NCBI GenBank assembly: GCA_030141605.1
Contig: JAQGDQ010000021.1
Coordinates: 372,001 to 436,000 of the forward strand
Reading direction: 5' to 3'
Origin: Tubiluchus corallicola
Lineage: Eukaryota > Animalia > Priapulida
Length of the DNA stretch: 64,000 nucleotides
Under the pieces are notes generated by a model, which was not told the DNA's origin, made no database searches, and saw only the letters and a list, made by a program, of their open reading frames with translations. Below, one piece after another: positions 1 through 14,018 of the stretch (its first letter is position 1; each line of letters opens with the position of its first letter). Made by a program: the position numbers and the translations under genes.

Positions 1-252
1 TGTTTAATATAATATTACCATTCACCAGCTGTGCATGCATTAGTAAAGACAAATGTTAAACAAAACAGTGGCAAATAAAGGAAACTCATTTTTTACGCTA
101 ATCAAACTAGCGCAAGAAAGTCATACAATTAAAAAAGTGAAGTGTATCATAAATCAGGCCTGTGATGAAGATGAATTTTTTACAGTGCTGACTCTGCTGT
201 GCTGCAAGGTGTGCACCTAACTTCATCATTATGCCATCATTATTACAGCATA

Positions 253-498
253 CATTAATGCTGTCAGCTTTTCCTTTATTTCCGCTAGACACGTTAGCTA
301 CTACCGTTCCTAACATAATAAATATGCACAGCATGCATTAATGCTGTCAGCTTTTCCTTTATTTCCCCTAAACACGTTAGCTACTACCTTTCCTAACATA
401 ATAAATATGCACAGCATGCATTAATGCTGTCAGCTTTTCCTTTATTTCCCCTAGACACGTTAGCTACTACCTTTCCTAACATAATAAATATACACAGT
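253..498. repeat. Tandem repeat, 83-bp unit, about 3 near-identical copies, in the probable sulfotransferase 3' UTR/downstream region
   Basis: CATTAATGCTGTCAGCTTTTCCTTTATTT recurs at 253, 336 and 419 (period 83). Confidence 0.95.
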
Positions 499-1014
499 AA
501 TTTAACGACAAACAATAAATGATCACAGTTAACAATGAAAAAGTTTAAATAATACAGTTGATTGGCCACCATAATGAGATGTTATTTTCCCAGGGTAAAC
601 AGCAAAATCTAACTGCTGAACATGGCAGGCCCATTGCATGTATGCAAACTTGCCAATCATGGACGGGATGTGATAGCTATCACAGTGTTGTTCTTGTGAT
701 TTGCAAGTATTAGTGTACTTAGTGTACTGTGTTATGCTGAACAATGTTCAAGGACAAACACAAATATCCTTCAAGCTAAAACAAATAATTATTGACCTTT
801 TTGTAACCTAACATTTTTGCACATGACGCATTACACACGTTTAAAAATAACTTATTTTTTTGATAAACTAAGGACTTTAGTGCCTTTTACTAGCACCGGG
901 TATAGTCTTTTGGCTTTTTATAGCACATAATCACCTTTCATCAATAAGAATATTTTCAGTATGTACATTTTTACATTTTCCACACGTCTTTGCAAAATGT
1001 TGTTTTAACAGCTG

Positions 1015-4000
1015 TTAAAGTCTTATTTCCATATTATCTTTCACACTGCTGTCGTCATCATTATCAGGCACTTGTGATTCTAGTCCATCGAGTTCCTCGT
1101 CGGGAAGAAACTGAAATTTGAGTCCTGTACCTTGTATCTGATCTTCATACATTTTGTCTAACATTTCTGATGCCTTGGCACTAAAATGATTTTGCCAATC
1201 TCCAATTATACCTAAATATAGTCAAAAAGTAGTCAGTTCAGAAGAAGAAGGTAATGATGACATGATGTGAAGAAACTGCCTAACATAGATCTAGCTTTGA
1301 TCTGACATAGATCTAACATAGAGCTGACATAAATAGCATCAGAGCTCTAACTTGTGTTGTGCAGTCTTTTTGAGTTAAACAAATCACTTATCTTTGGTGG
1401 ACATTTTTAATTTCATGTAATATGTATAAGAATTCATTCTGTTTACATTGTGTCCACAATGATGCCTTCCCTTCAAGAAAAGAAGAGTGAATTTTACAAT
1501 ACAATGGTTAAGTTCAGGGATTTTACTGAAACTGAAATTACAAACCGAAATTTATGAAACATAGGAAAGAAGATACTGAAACGAGACAGAACTGAGTTTA
1601 TTTATTTTTAACAGGCAAATAATCTAAAGAAAAGAAAAAATCATAACAGAGAAAGTAGAACAGTGTTTATGGTTAAAGATGATGATAAATTTTATTTTGC
1701 AAATATTTAGCTGCCTATATTTCGTAAATTATAAAATTAAACTTGGCTTTGTTCAAATTACAATTTTGATAACTCCGGTTGATTGTGTGTCAGCACAGAA
1801 GATGTGCTGCATTGCCTGAAAATTTTGTTTTTCTAACTCTGATTAAGTCACCCTTTGGTAATGCAACATAGTAATTCATATTGCTACATAAAGGGTGTGT
1901 GTTATTTTTTAGTATTACTTGCACATGACTTACCTTTTCGCATAAATTTATGTTCCTTTAGGTCAAATGCTGGTACGGGTATTCCTTCTCTATTCACTTT
2001 GGTGTTGTGCTTCATCTTGTCAAAGCTGCAATGTTCGACAATTCTGTTTATGGCTTCGTCTGGGAGCTCCTTGCCCATAAAATTGCAAATTTTCAGAACC
2101 GTCCCTCGAAGATCCTGAAAACGAATGTAATTGTTTAAAAGATAATTACTTAAACAACAAAATTTGTTTGAAATTCAGTAATGCAACATTGACAGCCAAG
2201 CTTAATCAACTAGCTTGTGCCATTGTACTACACATGGCAGAGTATTTTTTTCACATACAATAATCCATCTCTGTATGTGCGAAACAGCCAATGAAGCTGT
2301 CAGATAAAAGGCTTTTATGCATTTTCTTTAATGTAAATATGCAAACTTCTGGCAAATCTGTCATTCTGTTGGTGGTCAGAAAGAGATTACTGCTGTAGTA
2401 CAATTGTAGCAATTTCTTGATCAGCAAGACAACACTTAAGTAACAGCCACTTGGAAAATATCATGGGCATGTGTTTAAACAACAGTGAAGTTCAACAATT
2501 CTGTCTGCAAAGCCATGTGGCCACATCTCAGTTTTTCACACTTTGAAAATGTTATTGACATTTTTAAATGCATGTGTAGTGTCTAGTCATTTCACACTAG
2601 CCATATACTTCTAGATGTGATACCTTTTTCATGTCTTCATAGTGCAACCAAAGTACATTTCCTTGACCACTTTGCTTCCATTTCCAAAAGTCTAATACAT
2701 GTTTGAACCATGAACCATGTACCACTGAAAATGAGGCAATAATAGGAATGTAAGGTTCTGCTAAAATGGTAATACTAACGTCAGCTGTGTGTGGTGGAAG
2801 ACAATGAGATATTGTGTCGGTAATAACAAATCATTATTATTTTTAATATCTGGCTGATGTTCTGTTGTATTTCATCAAAAGTTCTCACCAGTTTTTTATC
2901 CATCATACCTGATGGGAGACCACCTTTGTACGGTAGGACAAACATTGTCATCATAAGATTATGTCTGTGATTGATTGAAACACATAACTCATTATCTTTA
3001 TATGTGATTGAGTATGACGTATATAGCAACCTAAGTATCTTTTACATTTACTTTCAGATTTTAAGTTTGAATAGTATACATTTACATTTACCAGTGGCGT
3101 ATTAAGATATAATGACACCCTAAACTGATAGTACAGACCTGCCCTTTCCCAAATGGTTATTATAGATCATACTTAGTACAAAAGGCTTGTGGTACTTTAG
3201 TACCTAAATATTACATAACTACTTGTAATGTAATACCTTTTCAGCATTAATTGTGTAATAGTTTATTATATAGCACTTATATAAAAGCCGACTCTGTAAC
3301 TGCTTGTGGTGTGTTAGAACTACTGGTATTTTAAATATGATCTGGAGATTGATTGCATCTAAGTCTTCGAAATATTTGGCAATCTCCAAGAAAAAGAAGA
3401 CTTGCAGGTCTACACAGACTTTCAAAACTAATCGTGTGGCATAAGTGCTTTATCGATACACGTTTTCCGAGGAGAATTATAAGAATAACAATTTTTTTTA
3501 ATATGTGGCCCTTAAAAAATTTGGTATCTTAGGCAACAACCAAGTTAGCCTGTTGGTAAACACGTGTCATTTATTGCTAACAACTGCACAAATTTACGAT
3601 TTTTTAACGTTGTGTAGTTAGCTTCATTTACTGTGTTTTAATCTATATCAAACCTGGTAAATTATGTTCAACAGTTTACACATCTAATCAATCTGACTCA
3701 TTTAACCACAAACTGTGTAGAGAAAACAGCGCTCGACAAGTTGCTCGTGAGTTCATTACACTTCCTGTTATTCGTGTGTTCATTATCGTACACTATGCCC
3801 TTGTATACTTAATTTTGATATTGAAGAGCAGTTATGTATAGTTAAGTTACACATACGCTGTCCTCTCATGTATAAAGTAACAAAATCGTCAAAGCTGCCA
3901 TTGAAGCCACCCAGAAACTTGGCGATTTTATGGTGATAGAAATAAGAAACAGCATTGTCCTTTGGATTTCGGCATACGTATATAACCTATATGTGAGAAA

Positions 4001-7000
4001 AATTTTCATTAATAATTTGAACAGCAACCTTTTCAATGATTCTTGTGCACGAGTTACTAGGGTAATCCTGATCTGAGCAAATTCAACTTCTTTAACTATT
4101 AACAGCCAAAGTTACAGTTTGTTACAATGTATTGCAACATAATAAGTTCTGTATAAATTTAATAATAAACACTGGCGAATACCATTAAAGGAAGACAGGA
4201 TGATTTTTCATATACCACCCCGTTTTCAAGTCCGATAAATAAAAAGTATACATTTTAACACAATTAATATTGCGATAGTGTTTCTGGTAACTAAATAATA
4301 GATTAAAAACTTAGTTAACGGTGGGTAAGCCCAACTATTGATGACATCACAAACTAACATAATTTTCAAAAGTATTCCACGAGTGTGTTCCACGTGTTTG
4401 CAAAAGCAAAAATTGAAGAGATATTTGGTGTGTCGTACTAAAACTAGGCAAGTATTAAGATAAAATTTCAAATTTACCGCTGTGCTCATGCATGAGCTGT
4501 CGAACGTGTGCAATGCATTTCCGAAATGCAGCCGCTACTGCCCGTCTAACTAGCGAATAGCGAAATGCATGTAACATCGAAGAACTAGTGGCACGAATGT
4601 GAAATTGTTTTTGTGTGGTAATAATTCTTGCATGTAAGTCATTTTTGAAAAAAAAGTATGTTTTTTTCATTATTTTAAAGAGTAAATTGTTTTGACCTAC
4701 GGTACAAAATTGGTCCAGTTTTGCTTTAACATTTATTTTAGTAGCCAGCTGTGATATTTCTCCAATAATTATTATTAGTTAGGCCAGTATTATTTTTTAT
4801 GGCATCTCATTCAGCTTATGTGCCTCACTCCCAAATTCTGCACTCTCCTTTTTAAGACACTAATGTTTCGTAAATATGAAAAGTTCATGCCATTTTGTCT
4901 TGTGGTTTTGCTTAGATTCTTTATAGTCATCATTACCATACCTTTCCTTTGCCCTGCTGTAGTTGTGTGGGTATAAGCTCGAATGGAAGATGCGTGGCAA
5001 ATATCCGTGGAGATTTAAGGTTGTTCATGTAACGGATATGGAAGAATGGGCGGCCGACCTCCATGTGAATGACTCTCCAGTGCAGCTTAGACTTTAACAC
5101 CTTCTCTTCCTTGCCATCATATTTTATTAGTGAGACAATTTCTTCCGTCCACGTGGTTCCTTTAAAAAACATTGGAGAACATTGGAGTGATTGTGTATCT
5201 GTTCACCACGCATGTCTGCCAGTTAGTGACAACTGTGAAATACCTACTGCTTTTAGTCTGGAATAAAATAATAGTTCACAGCCTAGCTCACAGCTGATTT
5301 CCAAAATCAGTGCTACAGATACCTCTTCATTAATATATTTTGACGTATTTCTGCTGGAAGACTTATTCCTTATAGTGGTAAGGAAAGTATGAAGTGCAAT
5401 TCAGAAATTTAAACAAAGTACCAGCTCTGTTAGGTAGACTGTGAGAAATTAACTTTAATAGCAAATAACCTTAATGATGCATTTCATTCATATAACACAT
5501 ACTAATTGCAGCTGTGGTAACTATGCAAATCTAATTCTATTATCAGAAAAAAATTTACTATATTTTTGTTCAGGCTCTTTCTAATAGTCAGTCAAATTTA
5601 GAAAAAAATAAGAACTTGTGGAAGAGCATTGAATACTCTCGCTAGACGTATGAAATTATCCAAAAAAACAAAACATAAAAACATCAGGTTTCAATTTTCA
5701 AGAAAATGTTATAGTAAATATGATGGTTTCATCTCATGACAAACTTTTTATCTGCAGTCAAAAGTAGTAAGTGTATTTCATACTATGTAGTCCCTATTTC
5801 AATTAGAATACTGAATATTATCGGTTTCTAAGTTTGTCATAATCATTCAATAAAAATGCACTAACCTGCCTCAAAAAGTGGTTATCGCCAGCTGCAGAAA
5901 TTTTAATTGAATCATGAACTGATTTTTTATTTTAGCTCGTAAAAGCATCATAAAAAGCCAGTGAAGCTTTAATGTCTGTTTTATTGTACTAGTGGATTAT
6001 ATTTATTTTTTACTGAATTTTGTGAGCTAATAACTGCTAAATGTACTAGAAAACCTCCATATACCTAATGGGCGATAAGCTGTTTTTCTTAGGACAATAT
6101 AGACTGAATTTATTAAAAGCTGGCTTCAGTAGTTATAGATCCATGACATTCCATGCAAACATAATGAAAGCCTGCATTATACATAAGATGCAACGTATGT
6201 TAATCATGTACCTAGAAAGGCTTACGGTAAATGAGTGTGGTAATTCAATGACATTTTAATGCCATGGCACTATTGATTAGCTGTTTCATTTCGTAGGGTA
6301 GAATGTTTCAGTGGCAGTTGTTATCTGGTAAGTAGTAGTGATGATGAGGTCATGGTGATGATGATGTTGTTGACGATGACAATGACGGCAGATATGTGAC
6401 ATCATCAACTTAAACTCACCAAAATTGATCTCTTATCTCCAATGAGAGTTGGTTGGTTTGTTACTGATTGGTTCGGTCTGTTTGCTTGTTCATTGGGTGG
6501 TCTATTTGGAATTACAACTGAAAAGTTGTTGTTTTTATTCAAATCTGGTAAGGTTATTGACCACTTGACTTGAAGATGACATACAGTTCAATGGCCAAAA
6601 TAATTCGGAGTTTCTTCGCTCGCCAATTTCATTTGAAAATAATGCAATTCAGTTAGAAAAATCCTGGTGAGAATACTGGCTTCAAAGATGCCTATCTGCC
6701 ATAACTATGTAAGAATCCAAAAGGTCAAAGTTAAACTTACAGTCTGAAGTTGTAAATGAGAAACAGCTGAAGTGTCGCTAATATCACCCTGACTGATTAG
6801 CCGATTCATTTTAATGACCTTTATACCAAATGAAAAATTATTGTGGAGAGGAAAAGTTACAGGTCAAAGTCATGATCATGGTCAAGGATAGGTTATTTAT
6901 TGCTATCCTTCTCTAATCTCAACTAAGAGGATTTATGTAGTTCTGTTGATACCTAGGTCTATCTACCTGTTGTCAATTTTTCATCTACATCCCTAATGAT

Positions 7001-10000
7001 CAGTTTTAAAATAAAAGAATTAATCGACAAACTAAATTGTGCAATTTAAGTATTCTTTGCTACTAGGATTATTTTTAAGGACTGCAATGCACCACAACCA
7101 TTAGTGTAGTACAGAAAAACTTTACTGAACTCATATACCGCCATTATACCATCAGTGTAATAATATTCGATAAAAATTTAATGCTTTTTGCTTCCACGGA
7201 AACCATTCTTTGGCTTCTCGCTCAGAGAACTCTGGGATAGAATGTACTATAAAAGTACAGGTGCACTTTCCGCGCGTGCGCGTTATGTTGGTATTTGTTC
7301 GCCGCAGAAAGTAATTATATACCTGTTGAGTGGAGTCATTTATCTATGACTACCACATAAGTAAATTTACTTAATACAAGTTTGCTTAGCCCACATTAGA
7401 AGGTACACAAAGAGCAAATGCTGTCGCCGCTGATAAATTAACTTTCTTGGGTTGGGTGTGATATCTTTTGAAAAGACTACGTGTGCCATAAATAAAGAGA
7501 GCTTATTGAATCACTTAACTTTTTATAATAAGAAAATCTGGGCGTACGTAGTTTCTCTCATCTCTATAAGTCACATATTGCTACAATAATCTTGAGTCAT
7601 TGATAAGCTGAGTACATACGTTTATTGCGTGGAGTGGTAGTTCTATAAGTGTGTAGATTGCATGCCTAATGCCTATAGACACTTGTGACTTGTGAGTCAT
7701 CATTAAAAAGTAGTAATTCGTATCCTGTGTGTTGCAAATATCGTGTCACGTATTTACTACAAACGCTTTCCCTTCAAAATGCATGTAAGAACAATTGTGG
7801 TTCTTAAAAGACAAGAAATCTTAACGTAAAGCTAAAAAAATCGCCTATACATTAATTTAATTTAATTAACGCAGCCATTTAATTTAACGCTCAGTTAAGT
7901 ACAAAATCGAAACAAGTTTAGATAATATTTCGTAAAGTTTGGAAACGTAATCGGAGCATCCGCAGCGCGCACTTCACTAACTAAATTAGTAATAGGTTGT
8001 TGTTTTTTGGTGAACTGCACATTTTTAGTGCACACTGAGATAGTGAGCTAGTGACGTTTTAACAGTTCACGTGAACATTTTAAGTAATTAAGAATTTTCT
8101 TTTCCAGTTTACGTACGCCTTTCAAACAAGTAAGTGTAATGCTAAGTAATAGAATTTTGTACGGGAAGTTTCTTTAGGACGTACATTAAAATTCCGTTTT
8201 CTTCCCCTTTGAGAGCATAACCAGTGTGCCGCTATAATTTTGTAGACTATATTTGCGATTTATTGGCAAAATAAATACTGTTCTCATTTTTCTTCTAGTT
8301 TCAGTCTTTTCTTCAATTTGATACTTTTTAAACTGCTTTACACAAATGTGGGCGGAAATGTTCTTATTGAATTAAAGCGGTGATTTGGACAAGCTTACAA
8401 TCCTACCTCTGGGTGCAGCATATCGAATTTGATGCTACAATGAACTATATAATCAGTTGAAGGTTAAAAAAAGATCTCAAACAAGACATTGAAGATTAAG
8501 TATATTTAAATTTGAAAAGAAATTTAAGTGATGAATCCAAGTTACAGTGTTACACAACAGACAAAAATGTGATGGAATGGGCCAAACAAAAATCAAACGG
8601 CGCTTTTCAATGCGACACCAAATTTTTCCTGCTGCAAGCTGTTCAAGTCTTGTGCCAAAAAGCTGTTTCGTTAGCAAAACTAAGATCTGCATGCAATGAA
8701 ATAAAAAATGTTGCCTAGCTTGAGCCAATGAACTAACTCGATATCCTTTTTAATGGTAAATGTTCCAAATTAAAAAATATTAAAAAGCCAAGTCTTAATC
8801 GCGGAGTTTCCGTCTTTTGGAATATAGCGTTGTCATTCACAACAGCTGCTGTAAACTTGAAATCACCGAGCCCTTCCCACACAAGAATGAAAATATCTCA
8901 ATTACGTCTAAATAGATTTCGACCAATGTTTTCGCTTTGGGCTATTAATGCAGCGTTCGTAAGTTTCATTTTGTAACTCATTCGAGGGATATTCATTCAA
9001 CTCAAGTAAGGATATATGCTTAGAACGGGAAATACTGTTAAATTGGATACATACCGAATTTATTATCAATACAAAAAATTTGGACGCTTTCATATAAAAG
9101 TAAAAATGGGTGTCCGAGCTTGTTTATTCGTCCTTACTACATCATTTCGTTGACTTTATTAGATTTAATCAAACAGTTTAAAAATGATTTTACGTTTACA
9201 GAATGATGTAGTATTGACGGCGGTTCCCGGCTGAACGACACGCGTAGTTTGCCTGATTTCATTAGACATTTATACTACTTGTCATTTTAGTGCACGGACT
9301 GTAGTTTTATAATTACGACATAACGACTGGATCTCGGAAGTCACCCGGATTCAGTCAAGATTGTTTTTCTAACGTCTTCAAACAAGTTAGAGCTACAGTA
9401 GATGAATTAAGAAATTTAAAGAACGTGCAACATTGAGAAAAGCGTTTTCTTCGTGAATTCTCCATACAAGCAGCCCGCATTCAGAAAATTCAAAATTTCA
9501 TCAGTTACTGCATACCTGATTTTGGATATGAACATACGACGACATCATCATCTCGCATTTTTAAGGATGGTAGGCGTTTGAGGGTGTGCTTATATAACAT
9601 GAAACCCTGTAGTAGTATCCCTTTGTAGAACTGACCACCGGGTATTGTCTTCACGTAACCTTTGTACAAATCATCGTTCTCAAAGTGCGGGTCATTCGTG
9701 ATAGAAGCTACTTCTAAAAAAAGCGATAACTTTGAACGTAAATCAATAAAATCACATGCAAAGCCACACTTTGTAGATTTATCTTATAAAATGATTAAAG
9801 GATGGCACGTAATTTACATATTCGACACTTGGTAGCAAATATTATGGCAGCCCATTACTGAAGCAATAGATAGTAATTTATTGCAACAAGTTAAGCTAAA
9901 TACTGCCGCCTCTTAAATCGCTCGGTCATCTTTAACAATGGTAATTTTTTATGGGAATTTGCATTTCTCTAAAATCCTATTGCACTAGTGCCTTTATAAT

Positions 10001-10308
10001 GACCGTAATTCTTAACTATTGTATTAAGCTGTAAACTTTTATCCTTTTTAACTACGTGAAGTTATAACTGTGTTTTACTAGGAAATAAACTATAAAAAAA
10101 TCAGAATTAGTCTTCACTGCTAGGCCTACGTATAAATAAGATAGCTTTGAAATAAGAAATTTGTCATAAATGTCAGTGTCGATTCAAATGACACAATTTA
10201 TTACATTTAATTACAATACATTAATTAATGTACATTAATCTAACAAGCAATAATAAGGAACAAAATTTTGTGAAGAAGCTTTTCAATCTTACCTTTACTT
10301 GGCTTCAT
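1015..10308 (-). CDS. Cytosolic PAPS-dependent sulfotransferase (Sulfotransfer_1, SULT1-like), 7 coding exons, 346 aa
   Basis: Exons 10293-10308, 9516-9713, 4942-5159, 3857-3986, 2624-2724, 1934-2114, 1015-1211. All GT-AG and phase-compatible, 1041 nt total. Motifs: 5'-PSB YPKSGTTW, catalytic His in PRIFATHLP, 3'-PB RNPKDNAVSYFYH, GSWFKHV, YEDMKKD, RKGIIGDWQNHF. The 16-nt first coding exon is the least certain part. Confidence 0.93.
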
Positions 10309-10635
10309 TTTCAAGCTTTCGTCAGCTCCTTGTAAAAGAGGCGCTGGAGCTGATACCAGATGTTGACTGTATTATTCCTTGCCCTGAGACTAGCAACGGT
10401 TACTAAGAGAGACCACGCGCGTTGAGTTGATTTCTATTACAGGTACATGTAAATAACAGTAAGGTCCAAGGTTTAAAATTTCACCTGTCGATTATTCGCC
10501 TGCCTTTTATGCAATTTCGAGTAATTCGTCGTGATGGCTGCTCTGGCATGGTGCCACCAGAGTGACCAGAGCTGACCTTATGTCCCCTCTGAGCCAACTA
10601 GCGTCATGCGTCCCGTGTCAGGCATAGTCCATCGT

Positions 10636-10645
10636 GTGACGTCAC
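10636..10645. promoter_or_regulatory. Full palindromic CRE (GTGACGTCAC) upstream of the sulfotransferase
   Basis: Perfect TGACGTCA in a locally GC/CpG-richer stretch about 330 bp upstream of the ATG; a TGACGCA half-site lies nearby at about 10667. Confidence 0.4.
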
Positions 10646-13011
10646 TGTCTATAGGGCATGCAACTCTGACGCATATTATCATGATGCGTGTGTTCGTTTT
10701 TAGCATACAGGTAACCAATTTGTAATCAGTGCAATGAAACCAAGAAACTTTAGGGCGTAGATCAATATTATACTACAAGCCTAGAACAGCAAGGCTGCGC
10801 TTATGCTCTAGTGATAACAAAAGCAAAGCTTACAGCATATTCACTTTCGATGTGTAAGAATGAATAAAGACACTTCATGACCCTGAGTGTAATTTTAAAG
10901 TAGTAAAGAATTTCGTTATTTAAAACCCAACCAGTTTTCTCCTTATACCAAACTTCCAAATCATAAACACCGTAAGATAAAGCAAATGTTATGGGGAAAA
11001 TGTGACCGTTAGCGGAATTTTAAGGTGGTAAATATATTTCATTTTGGAAAACCCGTCGTTCCTACTGTTCCTTTCAGTGACTAGTTTAACTAAAGGAGTC
11101 AAGGTCTAAAAGTCATAGGTTTAGGATTGCTTTCATTTGTCATATGCATTGAGCATATTTTATTACTTTAGCTCATCAAAACACAAGTCTAATAAATATT
11201 GTTGTTTTCTCCACATTATTAGCTATATTATCATGATGTAAATATAGATCGCCGTATAATATTACTAACCAGAATTTAGCCTCTGCAAGCGTTAGTGAAA
11301 CGAGTGATAGCGTTTTTCCAATATGAATTTAGGATTTCTTCCGACAGAAGACAGCACCGTGCAATGCATTGTCGAAGCTATAGTTAGTTCAGTAACGCTT
11401 TTTAATTTTTATGCCAATTTAGTTTTTGTCGACCGTTTGCAATATAATTAGAGGAATCTTTTTCGGCTGATTTAGTAAAATTATTATGACTTTGCCGCCT
11501 AACAAATTAAAACCAAAATCAACTGAAACATGATCACTTCCTTTAAAAAATTATTAATGCCACACTGTCATGCTGAAATACATGTAGGCATCAATCTGGC
11601 TACCGTTAAGCCTCTACCAGTAATCTTATGTGTAAAAATAAAAAAATTAAGGAATGTATAGACCTGATCGCTTCATTTAGGGGATACTTGATTCAAAATG
11701 TGCAACGACACTTTTTTATTTCTGTCCTGTTAAAAATTTAAAAGTTTTCCTATTCATGTTTAGTAATTAAATTTTGTGTAGTGCCAAAATGATACGAGTC
11801 AGCTAATCTGCATAAATAATATGCAATACTCATGTGAAAAAGTATGCTAAAAATCTTTAAAAAAATTGTACATATACACTTGGTATGTATGCGATTGCAT
11901 AACTCAACTACAATCGAAATATCGTTTCGTTATTTCATTATATATTATTGTTTCATTAAAGCTCATTTTCATTTAACAAAACAACGAATCATAACTAGAA
12001 CTTATGTCAAATTAGAACAATTGTCAAACTTATGCTAAGAAAGATAAACATTCTATATTTGTATTTCACGCGTATACAGAGTTTGCGAGTAGTACTCGTT
12101 GGGCAAAAACAAGATTGCCCAATGGATTTTATTCTGTTGATATAATTGTTTTTTGCCCAGTAACTAAGGGCCTTGGGCTAGACTCAAGAGGACATTTGGG
12201 GCCCCTACCAACAGCTGTTCACAAGAAACATGATGATAACTAAAAAACAAAAGTACAAGAATTACTTGGGCCTAAACGCTGCCGAGATTCCAGCATCGAT
12301 CTATGCTTACTTTTGAAAAAGAATCTGAATTTGTTTTCGTTTTTCGTTTTCAATCAGCTTAGAACCTTGACTGTAAAAATAAATCACTATTATTAATTTT
12401 AGTTTTCTCTCAATCAGTGGTTTCACAGACTACTGGGGCCCCCAGTTCGTCAGACGTGCACCCCAGAGTCTCTCTCTACCCCTTTCTTTACACGAGTCAA
12501 AATTTACTGCAAGTTGTATTCTGCAAGTGGTTTCATTTCTCTTCTAAATCTGAGTATAAATGATGCAGCGTTCCTTTAAAAATACAAATTATATGATGGC
12601 TTGCGAAACAATAATATATTATAAGATTACAGTTGATAACCAGTATAACGTTTTCGACTTCGTTTTGTTAGAGACTATTCCTGTCCCTTCAAAACGACAT
12701 GATTATAACAATAATATCAACTACTCCCTGTGATACTGAAACATGTATTGCGAAATCGTGCGCAAACACAAAACTTAAAAGCTTGCTGAATGAATGTTAC
12801 TTTTTATGAGCAAAACTTCTTTACGATTACTGGCGTTTCCGTTTTGACATTTTTGTAAATTTTTCTCAATCTCTCAGAGCGGCTCAGCCGTCTGCAAAAT
12901 TAAAAGGGAAACCTTAGAAGCATTTTGGGAAGGAATTGGTGCTGACAGAGTCATCTAGCGACGAAAGAAATTGAGTTTTGAGAATAGGAAGATTTCTTTG
13001 GAAACAAAGCT

Positions 13012-13422
13012 GAAATCGATGCGTTTCAAAGGCGAAATAACAGAAACATTTTGGGTATTAGCTGGCCAAAGAAAATTTTAAACAAAGATCTATATGAAAA
13101 AATAAAAGAAGAACCTTGGACAAGAAAAATAAAAAGACGCCGTTTAAGATGGTTTGGGCATATGCTTAGACTACCTGAATTCCAGTAAAGATAGCTCTTC
13201 AACAAGCCATAGAACCAGCTAAAAACCTGCAGGAGGACAAATGTTAACATATTTAGATTTTGCACAGAAAGATTTAAACACTTCAGCATTGACTCTTAGA
13301 AATAAGTGTACTTGGGGCATTGCGGCGAGCAGGGAGTCGTGGCATAGGGAGGTGTGCAGAATCATGTCACTGGACGTGTGATCCATTGGATGACGATGAT
13401 GATGATGATGATGATGATGATG
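13012..13422 (+). mobile_element. 5'-truncated, decayed RTE-like non-LTR retrotransposon 3' end with (GAT)n tail
   Basis: Translation IDAFQRRNNRNILGISWPKKILNKDLYEKIKEEPWTRKIKRRRLRWFGHMLRLPE matches the post-RT region of RTE-type LINEs (RRLRWFGH). Stops follow, then AASRESWHREV (AxDRxxWR-like terminus), then a (GAT)n tail at about 13389-13422. Confidence 0.85.
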
Positions 13423-13461
13423 AAAGAAATTCATTATAACAATAATGACATTAAAAGAAAA

Positions 13462-13462
<1 letters not shown>

Positions 13463-13510
<48 letters not shown>

Positions 13511-13605
13511 GTTATTATTGTTATTATTATTATTATTATTATTACTATTATTACTATTATTATTATTTATTATTATTATTATTAGTATCACCATTATCAT
13601 TATTA
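13463..13605. repeat. (TAT)n microsatellite, imperfect
   Basis: Long TAT run directly visible; it produces the spurious poly-Y ORF 13354-13647. Confidence 0.97.
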
Positions 13606-13763
13606 AATGTTATTTATTTAAATTTATTTTTTCTTTCAGTAACGTAGATTAAGTTAGGCGGGTGTAATACTATTTGCTATTTTCACCAACAGATGGCGCT
13701 AGGTTAAAAGTGTTGAAAAATCTTTTCTGTTTAGTAGTTAGCTTTGTGGGTCGTAAAAAGTTA

Positions 13764-14018
13764 GATGTTCTAACTTTTTAAGTTTTGTGGCCATTTAATA
13801 AATTTTATTTTTCTACTTTAATATCTATTAGTAGTTTATAGCGGGACAGTTACTTAAATATGCTTCGCTATATGGTTTGCACAACATAACATATAACCAA
13901 ACATAACACAGATGTTGTAACTTTTTAAGTTTTGTGGCCATTTAATAAATTTTATTATTCTACTTTAATACCTATTAATGGTCTATAGCGGGACAATTAA
14001 TTAAATTTGCCTCGCTAT
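13764..14018. repeat. Two-copy direct repeat, about 107 bp aligned, period about 147 bp
   Basis: GATGTT.TAACTTTTTAAGTTTTGTGGCCATTTAATAAATTTTATT...TATAGCGGGACA...TCGCTATA at about 13764 and about 13911. Confidence 0.9.

Noticed and set aside
6420-6640. Possible extra or alternative sulfotransferase exon ending at a good GTGAGT donor (6419)
   Set aside because: The open frame has no ATG, its phases do not fit between the exons that build YPKS|GTTW, and it has no SULT similarity. It could at most be a non-coding exon.
8400-9200. Short overlapping ORFs (8477-8728, 8512-8718, 8908-9093) in the sulfotransferase intron
   Set aside because: No recognisable motif, splice structure or codon signal; lengths are within chance expectation.
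12160-12480. GGGGCCC-containing patches suggesting a MITE
   Set aside because: Could not define matching terminal inverted repeats or a target-site duplication.
13219-13647. Poly-His, poly-Met and poly-Tyr ORFs in the ORF track
   Set aside because: Translations of the (GAT)n LINE tail and the (TAT)n microsatellite.
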